Below, piece by piece: positions 22,476 through 28,865 of a stretch of 28,865 nucleotides of DNA. The notes under the pieces are model-generated. The model did not search any database and had not been told where the DNA came from. It saw only the letters and a program-made list of their open reading frames with translations. A program made the position numbers and the translations under genes. This DNA is from a virus (Duplodnaviria; Caudoviricetes): the IMG/VR virus record IMGVR_UViG_3300032304_000770, positions 1 through 28,865 of that record; one strand, 5' to 3'. Position 1 is the first letter of the stretch. Every line of letters starts with the position of its first letter.

Positions 22476-23891
22476 ATGACAACTTTCCGTAACGCAGTAC
22501 TATCAACTCCAGTAATGACTACTACGACTAATGGTATGGTGGCTCTACAGTCAACTATGTCTAAGTCCGTCGATCTTTTCTTTAAGATTGGCGCGTCGAG
22601 AGGGAAGAACGTTACTTCTCAATTTGAACAGGCGTTCCAAGAGAACCCTGCTGTCGCACTTCGTATCACTCAATGGGCTCGTGATGTCCGTGGTGGTGCT
22701 GGTGAACGTCAGATTTATCGTGACATTCTGAAGCATCTAGAGATTTATCACAAGGATGTTCTTCTGGAGACTACAATTCTTCAGAATACGGCTGAAATCG
22801 GTCGTTGGGATGATCTATTGATCTTCTCTGATCCTGACGTGAATAAGGTAGCATTCACTCTAATTGCTGTTGCACTTACTGAGAAGAATGCACTAACAGC
22901 CAAATGGATGCCTCGTAAGGGTCCAGTAGCAGAAGAACTACGTAAGTTCCTAGGACTAACTCCTCGGTCTTATCGTAAGCTACTTGTCGGTCTATCCAAC
23001 ACGGTAGAAACTCAGATGTGTGCTCGTGATTGGGATGAGATTAATTTCTCACACGTTCCATCTCTAGCCATGTCACGGTACACTAAGGCTTTCAATAAGA
23101 AGGCTCCAGCTACATTTGCTTCCTATAAGGCGGCACTCGTAAAGGGTGATCCTGAAGTGAAGGTAAACGCTGCTGCAGTATATCCATATGACATTATCAA
23201 GAGCCTACGTTATGGTGATGGGGTGATGGCTGACCAGCAATGGAAGGCACTGCCTAATTATATGAGCGATGCGATGGTTCTACCAATGGTAGACGTGTCT
23301 GGTTCAATGCATTGTTCTGCGGGTGGTAGCAAGACTATCACATGTCTAGATGTAGCTCTATCACTAGGTCTATACTGCTCTGACAAGAATACTGGTCCGT
23401 TCAAGGATTTATTCTTGACCTTCAGTTCACAGCCACAGCTAATTCCCCTACGTGGTACACTATCTGAAAAGATGTATCAAATGAATAATAGCTCTTGGGC
23501 TATGAGTACTAACCTAAACGCAGCATTCGATGAGATTCTGCGAGTGGCGGTTGGTAATAGAGTTGACGCATCACAGATGCCTAAGATTCTACTTATTCTA
23601 TCTGACATGCAGTTCAACCAGTGCGTTACAAATGGCAATAATACTGCTATGGGTATGATCACTGATAAGTATCAACGTGCAGGATACGAACTACCTAAGG
23701 TAGTTTTCTGGAATCTGAACTCACACGATAACGTGCCAGTCAAGTTCAATGAACAAGGAACAGCACTTGTATCTGGGTTCAGCCCATCAATCATGAAGGC
23801 GGTACTCGCTGCTGACATGAATGACTTCACTCCAGAAGCAATCATGATGAAGACCATCATGTCGGATCGATATAACATCGATTCAATCTAA
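22476..23891 (+). CDS. TROVE/Ro60-like protein with C-terminal vWA domain (DUF2828-type)
   Basis: RDVRGGAGER, GRWDDL and AKWMPR helical region; MIDAS DVSGSM, STNL, ILSDMQF, VFWNL, LVSGFS. Confidence 0.8.
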   Translation: MTTFRNAVLSTPVMTTTTNGMVALQSTMSKSVDLFFKIGASRGKNVTSQFEQAFQENPAVALRITQWARDVRGGAGERQIYRDILKHLEIYHKDVLLETTILQNTAEIGRWDDLLIFSDPDVNKVAFTLIAVALTEKNALTAKWMPRKGPVAEELRKFLGLTPRSYRKLLVGLSNTVETQMCARDWDEINFSHVPSLAMSRYTKAFNKKAPATFASYKAALVKGDPEVKVNAAAVYPYDIIKSLRYGDGVMADQQWKALPNYMSDAMVLPMVDVSGSMHCSAGGSKTITCLDVALSLGLYCSDKNTGPFKDLFLTFSSQPQLIPLRGTLSEKMYQMNNSSWAMSTNLNAAFDEILRVAVGNRVDASQMPKILLILSDMQFNQCVTNGNNTAMGMITDKYQRAGYELPKVVFWNLNSHDNVPVKFNEQGTALVSGFSPSIMKAVLAADMNDFTPEAIMMKTIMSDRYNIDSI

Positions 23892-23895
23892 CTAG

Positions 23896-23941
23896 AATGG
23901 GAGGTAGTGGTTGACATTGCCTCCCATTTATAGTATAAATA
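23896..23941 (+). promoter_or_regulatory. hairpin (terminator-like) overlapping a composite early/late promoter
   Basis: AATGGGAGGTAGTG/CATTGCCTCCCATT stem with TTGACA at the loop, then 17 nt and TATAAATA. Confidence 0.65.
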
Positions 23942-24093
23942 CTTCTCATACTATTTTGTATGAATATTCTTACTTATGCTTTATATCCATAGGATTGAAA
24001 GCGGATAGAATTCGTCTATCCATTTATCAAAAAACTAGCGACTCCATTTCCGTAAGAAGGATGGTATAAAGTCGTTATAAAGAAGGAGGATGA

Positions 24094-24561
24094 ATGTTTC
24101 ATCCAAGTTTAAAGGGTCTGATGCTGGCCCTAATTCTATCGGCATCACCTGTTACTGTCTCGTATTCTCAAGTGGATGCAAAACAGCAACAAATCGAATG
24201 TTTGGCTACCAATGCATACTTTGAAGCTGGTGCCGAATCTCACTCCGGAAAGCTCGCGGTCACGAATGTAGTGATGAACCGAGCCACTTCTGGAAAATTC
24301 CCAAAAACTCCATGTGCAGTCATACACCAGAGAAAAGGTAATCAATGCCAATTCTCATGGGTCTGTAGTTCTAAGTCAAGAATTGTCAGTCAAAAGATGT
24401 ATGCTGATAGCAAACGTGCTGCCGAGATGGTATACTATAGGTCGGTAGGCGATAATACATATGGAGCACTATTCTTTCACAATAGAACAGTGAAACCAAG
24501 CTGGTCTAGAGTATATAAGCCAACCGTATCAATAGGTAACCACATTTTCTATAAAGGGTAA
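24094..24561 (+). CDS. SleB-like cell wall hydrolase (Hydrolase_2)
   Basis: Signal-like N-terminus, CLATNAYFEA, VVMNR..FP, CQFSW, IGNHIFY. Confidence 0.9.
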   Translation: MFHPSLKGLMLALILSASPVTVSYSQVDAKQQQIECLATNAYFEAGAESHSGKLAVTNVVMNRATSGKFPKTPCAVIHQRKGNQCQFSWVCSSKSRIVSQKMYADSKRAAEMVYYRSVGDNTYGALFFHNRTVKPSWSRVYKPTVSIGNHIFYKG

Positions 24562-24562
24562 C

Positions 24563-24817
24563 ATGAGTAAAGTTTCGCGAGAAGTAAAACTATCTAAAGC
24601 ACTAAGATCAGAAGAATTTAACTTGGCAATTGATAGTTTTGCTAAAGAGCATAAACTTGACTATATTGATGCAGTAGTAACATACTGCGAACGGAATAAC
24701 ATTGAGATTGAGACCGCTGCTTCTTTAATTAAAAATAGCGGTCTCCTCAAGGCTAATATACAAGCCGAAGCGGAGTCGTTGAACTATCTTCCTAAGACAG
24801 GAAAGTTGAACTTCTAA
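24563..24817 (+). CDS. 33: late transcription co-activator gp33
   Basis: YIDAVV.YCE.N.IE.E..A.LI...LK..I..EA..LNYLPKT; synteny with 59 and 32. Confidence 0.85.
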   Translation: MSKVSREVKLSKALRSEEFNLAIDSFAKEHKLDYIDAVVTYCERNNIEIETAASLIKNSGLLKANIQAEAESLNYLPKTGKLNF

Positions 24818-25389
24818 TGACTCCGCTAGAAGCTTATGGAGTGTACAACTCATTGAAGTTGCACTTTAAGGGTAACTATGACTACTGGAAATATCACGGT
24901 AAAACGAAGATCAAACCAGAGACATTCAACGCTCGAAAGGATAAGTACTTTTTCGAGAAGCTATCCAAACACAAAGACGTTATACATTATGTGATGAGCA
25001 ACATCGTCTTTGGTAATCGAACCATCTACAATCTAAATACCAATGAGGCTGATCGAACCTATAGCGAATGGCTAGGTCGAGTCGAGTCACTAACATATCG
25101 GTTTCAGAAGGAACTTGAGAATATTTCACCACAAGATATCATGACAGACGATGGACAGAACCCAGAACTGTTGAAAAAATATTATGGTGGAGATGTATCA
25201 CTTGAAACTCTAGTTTTACTAGATGAAGTGATGCCATACTTTGAATACTGGGATTTAAAACTGGTAGACACCATACGGTGGCCAGAAGTCAGAGAACTCG
25301 GAAAGAAGTATAGACTATTTCTTCAAGATCGATATGACACCAAAAAATTAAAGAAAATTGTAAAGGAAACGGTCCTAAATGAAAACTAA
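24817..25389 (+). CDS. 59: helicase loader gp59
   Basis: Y.SLKLHF..YDYWKY.GK, F..RKDKYFFEKLS, SLETLV. Confidence 0.9.
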   Translation: MTPLEAYGVYNSLKLHFKGNYDYWKYHGKTKIKPETFNARKDKYFFEKLSKHKDVIHYVMSNIVFGNRTIYNLNTNEADRTYSEWLGRVESLTYRFQKELENISPQDIMTDDGQNPELLKKYYGGDVSLETLVLLDEVMPYFEYWDLKLVDTIRWPEVRELGKKYRLFLQDRYDTKKLKKIVKETVLNEN

Positions 25390-25723
25390 AACCTTCAAAT
25401 CCATAAAAGAATTTGATGACATCGTCAATAGTATACCAAAGATGGCTGAAGAAAATACTATTACAGTAGAACAGGCATGCCAGATTATTGACGACTGTGC
25501 ACTTCTCCTTAAACGAAGACTATATGATCAAGCAAGGGTCAATAAATATGGTGGAGTATTGCCTGAAATTCTATCCAAGTTCCCAAGAACCTTAGAGGAA
25601 CAGGTCATGGAAAAATTTCATGAAGATATCAAGAATATTCCCGGTCGTATCGAGTTTGATCCAGAACGAGCAGCAGAAATCGCTAAAGAAGTTGAAGTCA
25701 TCGTAAAGGATATGGAGCAGTAA
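25379..25723 (+). CDS. hypothetical protein
   Basis: AAGGA RBS, overlaps gene 59. Confidence 0.65.
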   Translation: MKTKTFKSIKEFDDIVNSIPKMAEENTITVEQACQIIDDCALLLKRRLYDQARVNKYGGVLPEILSKFPRTLEEQVMEKFHEDIKNIPGRIEFDPERAAEIAKEVEVIVKDMEQ

Positions 25724-25968
25724 TGACCCAAGCAGAGTTTGATGAACTGAAGGGAGAAATTTTCGAGAAGGTAACTGACATGATTTTTGAGAAGATCGTG
25801 TCAAATCCGATTCTTATGAAAGACCCGAATGTAGAAGCGGACTATGTGGCTAGACTACTCAAGATTACTGACAGCTATACCAATCCTATGGAAGACTATA
25901 GCGATTTCGATGTTCAAGATTTTGTAGATCGTCTAGCTGCAGTTGAGATTATTGAGAAGAAGCAATGA
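25723..25968 (+). CDS. hypothetical protein
   Basis: GGAG RBS, stop-start overlap. Confidence 0.65.
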   Translation: MTQAEFDELKGEIFEKVTDMIFEKIVSNPILMKDPNVEADYVARLLKITDSYTNPMEDYSDFDVQDFVDRLAAVEIIEKKQ

Positions 25969-25999
25969 TCGAAAAGAATTTCAACTTTCTTTGCAGAAG

Positions 26000-26031
26000 T
26001 TGAAAGATTCTCAGGAAACTGAGTATAAATA
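26000..26031 (+). promoter_or_regulatory. promoter for gene 32
   Basis: TTGAAA upstream of TATAAATA 26024-26031. Confidence 0.6.
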
Positions 26032-26087
26032 TAATGCGACATACTGTCGTATAAGAGCGAATAACAGCGAACAAAGGAAATACTACA

Positions 26088-27011
26088 ATGACACTATCAT
26101 ATAGAGACCTAAAGAACTCTAAGGCTTCACGTTTTGATAAATTAAATCAAGAACTGGCCAAACTAAACACTCCCTACGAAACCGAAAATAAAGACGAATT
26201 TTGGACTGTCACTAAAGACAAGGCCGAAGTTGGTTATGCTACCATCAGGTTCCTACCCGGTGGTGAAGGTGACGATCTAGGGTTTGTTCGACTATACAAG
26301 CACGGATTTAAAGGTCCCGGTGGCTGGTATATCGAAAACTCACTAACTACACTAGGTCAGACCGATCCGGTCTCAGAGATGAACTACAAGCTCTGGAATG
26401 AGGGTGGTAAGGCTGGACAAGAAATTGTTAGTGGTAAGGGTAAGGATCAACCCGGTACGAAGCGTAAGACTGAGTTTATCTCAAATATTTACGTTATCAG
26501 TGATCCTCTAGCACCAGAGAATGAAGGTAAAGTATTCAAGTTCAAGTACGGACCTAAGATTTTTGGAATGCTTAATGGTGCAATGAACCCTAAGTTCCCA
26601 ACTGATCCAAAGTTTGATCCATTCGATCTAGAAGATGGCGCAAACTTCAATCTGAAGGTTTCTAAGGCCGATTATGGACCTAACTATGATGCCTCTACTT
26701 TCTCTACCCCTGCACCACTAAGCGAGGATGAAGACAAGCTAGATGATATCTGTACGAAGCTTTACAGCCTACACACCTATCTAGACCCAAAGAACTTCAA
26801 GTCCTATGCTACTCTAAAGGCTAGACTTGAAAAGGTCAGAGGAGTTACTCTTGATAGTTCTGATACTGGCGTAGCGGAATCTGCTCCACCTAAGCAAAAG
26901 GAAGCAGAAGCAAAGCCACAACCACAAAGTCGAGTAAAGGCTGCAGAGCCAGATTATGATGACGATGATGACGACATGGCAATGTTCCAAAGGTTAGCAT
27001 CAGATAGCTAA
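26088..27011 (+). CDS. 32: single-stranded DNA-binding protein gp32
   Basis: GYATIRFLP, HGFKGPGGWYIENSLTT, NIYVISDP..PENEGKVF, GANF.LK, NYD.S.F, acidic tail. Confidence 0.95.
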   Translation: MTLSYRDLKNSKASRFDKLNQELAKLNTPYETENKDEFWTVTKDKAEVGYATIRFLPGGEGDDLGFVRLYKHGFKGPGGWYIENSLTTLGQTDPVSEMNYKLWNEGGKAGQEIVSGKGKDQPGTKRKTEFISNIYVISDPLAPENEGKVFKFKYGPKIFGMLNGAMNPKFPTDPKFDPFDLEDGANFNLKVSKADYGPNYDASTFSTPAPLSEDEDKLDDICTKLYSLHTYLDPKNFKSYATLKARLEKVRGVTLDSSDTGVAESAPPKQKEAEAKPQPQSRVKAAEPDYDDDDDDMAMFQRLASDS

Positions 27012-27020
27012 TATTAAAAG

Positions 27021-27049
27021 AAAACCCAGAGAGAAATCTCTGGGTTTTT
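27021..27049. terminator. bidirectional intrinsic terminator
   Basis: AAAACCCAGAGA-GAAA-TCTCTGGGTTTTT between convergent genes. Confidence 0.88.
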
Positions 27050-27057
27050 GCTATTGA

Positions 27058-28865
27058 CTATACTCTAGAAGTGAAGTATAGTTGATACTCACGAATGATA
27101 CTGGATGCGGACGGGTTAGGGACATCTCTATTACTCACTTTATTTTTTCCCAATGGAGAAGTTTGTGGCGCAGAATCTCTACGCTTTCTCAATTCAGGTG
27201 TTGGGGTTTTAGGTTTAGGTTGTGGAACAAGTGACGTAGCCTTGTCTGTAGACTTGAATGTCAAACCTTCGGTAATTGTTCCTTTATTGCCTCTATTAAG
27301 TACTGGAGTAGGTTTAGGTGGCTTCATCATTTTAGCCGCAACATCTGCTGCAGCATCCGCAGTCTTTCTTACTCCGGGTAACAATGGAATATGTTGAAGA
27401 GCACTTGCAAATTTAGATTTCCAATCTCCACCGCCAGATGAACCTGATGAACCTGATCCGCCACCATTCCCCATATTTGAACCATCATAATCAGATGGTG
27501 GTGTGAATTTACCACCATAGATTTTTCTAGCTTCTATCATCCGCTCTCTTGTATGTTTTCGTGCAGATTGTTCATATTCATAGTCGCCAATTCGTGCAGC
27601 CTCTTCTGGTGTAGTTGCATTTCTCAGCATTCTTCCAGCTTTCGCATAAGTATTATTTAACTCCCAATGAACAAATTCTAATTGGTCATTAAAATCAGAT
27701 TGGGTAATTGGCTTCTTGAAGACTTGTTGAAATACTGCTTGTCTTGGTGGATGCCATTGTGCAAGTCCGTATGCTTGTTTATTATCACCTCGTTCTTTAC
27801 CGGTAATTACCGAAGTTCTAAATCCAGATTCTTGGATAAGATTCCCCACAATTCCCGCAGCAGCTACCTTCGACCAACCCTTTGATATAAAGAAATCATA
27901 AGCTTCTCTTGAATTACCAGACATCTTCTTCCCAGTATTAGACCCACCTTCAGCCTTTGACTTAGAACCACTCGGTGTAGCACTAGGTTTAGCGGTAGAT
28001 GATGGTGTTGCAGATGGAGTAGCAGTAGCACCTGACTTTGCAGTATACGTTTTAGTAGGCTTCGCCCATGGATTTGCCATATAATTCGAACTATTTTGAA
28101 CTGGAGTAACTGTCGTATTGGTCCCAGATGACATTGGCTTTGATTTCTGCTCATCCAAAAATGATCTACCTAACGACATTCCGCCACCAGTGAATGGGTC
28201 AGACTTCTCTAACTTGAGATTTTCTGGTACTGTTGTAGTGACTGGACTTGATACTGGAGTGTTTGGAGTTACTGCACTATCCGGGGTCGGAATTTGAGTG
28301 GCATCTTCATCCTTTTTATCACCACTAAAAAATTCGCCAACTTTCTTAAAGAATGATTTACCTACACCAAACAATCCGCCAGCAACGACTGCAACTAATG
28401 GGATCAATAATGGAGCAAGCATAGATATTACGCTTCCACCCTTTAAGAATCCCATGACCATTTTCATTAGGCCACCACCACCTCCACTTTGGCCATCTCC
28501 ACCGATAAGAGAATTCAATCCACCTGAAACTACCTCTCCGGGTTTATTCTCTAGATTAGTTTCTCTACTACCAGCAACTTGATCTTGCTGTAATTTTAAT
28601 TGATCCTTTAATGTAGAATCTATAGAACCAAGGACACGAATCATCACATTCATCTGTCTATTAAGAGCAGAGAGTGAAGAGGTCATATCCGCATTGCGAT
28701 TAATTCTTATTGCAGTGGCAGGAGAATTTCCATTCAATTCCGAACCACCAACTGAAGAACTTATCGAATTAAATTTGGCACCTATCATACCAAGATTCTT
28801 CATGATGTTAAATTTTGGACCAGTTCCACCAGACGCGGATTCTCCAGAAGATGATTCTCCAGAAG
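27058..28865 (-). CDS. tail/baseplate protein with phage tail lysozyme domain; 5' end outside the window
   Basis: AAAGIVGNLIQESG..AYGLAQW..R..QLEF..WEL motif; the frame stays open from 28803 to the window end (SGESSSGESASGGTGPKFNI). Confidence 0.8.
   Translation of the reverse strand, partial: SGESSSGESASGGTGPKFNIMKNLGMIGAKFNSISSSVGGSELNGNSPATAIRINRNADMTSSLSALNRQMNVMIRVLGSIDSTLKDQLKLQQDQVAGSRETNLENKPGEVVSGGLNSLIGGDGQSGGGGGLMKMVMGFLKGGSVISMLAPLLIPLVAVVAGGLFGVGKSFFKKVGEFFSGDKKDEDATQIPTPDSAVTPNTPVSSPVTTTVPENLKLEKSDPFTGGGMSLGRSFLDEQKSKPMSSGTNTTVTPVQNSSNYMANPWAKPTKTYTAKSGATATPSATPSSTAKPSATPSGSKSKAEGGSNTGKKMSGNSREAYDFFISKGWSKVAAAGIVGNLIQESGFRTSVITGKERGDNKQAYGLAQWHPPRQAVFQQVFKKPITQSDFNDQLEFVHWELNNTYAKAGRMLRNATTPEEAARIGDYEYEQSARKHTRERMIEARKIYGGKFTPPSDYDGSNMGNGGGSGSSGSSGGGDWKSKFASALQHIPLLPGVRKTADAAADVAAKMMKPPKPTPVLNRGNKGTITEGLTFKSTDKATSLVPQPKPKTPTPELRKRRDSAPQTSPLGKNKVSNRDVPNPSASSIIREYQLYFTSRV

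Noticed and set aside
26036-26087. T4-type gene 32 autoregulatory pseudoknot
   Set aside because: Only a small hairpin GCGACA/TGTCGT and an A-rich leader are visible; a second stem could not be supported
27095-28582. Plus-strand ORFs within the tail lysozyme gene
   Set aside because: Antisense shadows of a low-complexity gene

Overview
A 28.9 kb segment of a large T4-like lytic myovirus genome. It carries gp33, gp59 and gp32 homologues, many TATAAATA late promoters and sigma70-type TTGACA early promoters. The host is probably an alphaproteobacterium, likely Caulobacter-like, judged from a GapR homologue and a permuted two-piece tmRNA with tag ANDNAFMETRLAA. From 1 to 11.1 kb is a dispersed tRNA region with 11 complete tRNAs plus several non-canonical or partial tRNA-like RNAs. 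It is interleaved with an RNase H-like gene, a metallophosphoesterase, GIY-YIG and HNH endonucleases, an ART-like gene, a K+ channel and a helical-repeat protein with a deleted paralogue. From 11.6 to 18 kb is a 7-gene deoxysugar/glycosylation cluster, and 18.5-21.3 kb holds early hypothetical genes and the tmRNA. The most striking locus is 21.3-23.9 kb: a PTH2-like gene, then an array of four related small structured RNA units, then a TROVE/Ro60-like vWA (DUF2828-type) gene. Each unit has a closing stem and a conserved TCCGCAAA/ACAGCAAA motif, and most display a tRNA-anticodon-like 7-nt loop. A fifth unit sits in the tRNA region at 6011. The window ends with a cell-wall hydrolase, gp33, gp59, gp32 and a truncated tail-lysozyme-domain gene on the minus strand. 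All family assignments come from motif recognition by eye, not from database searches.
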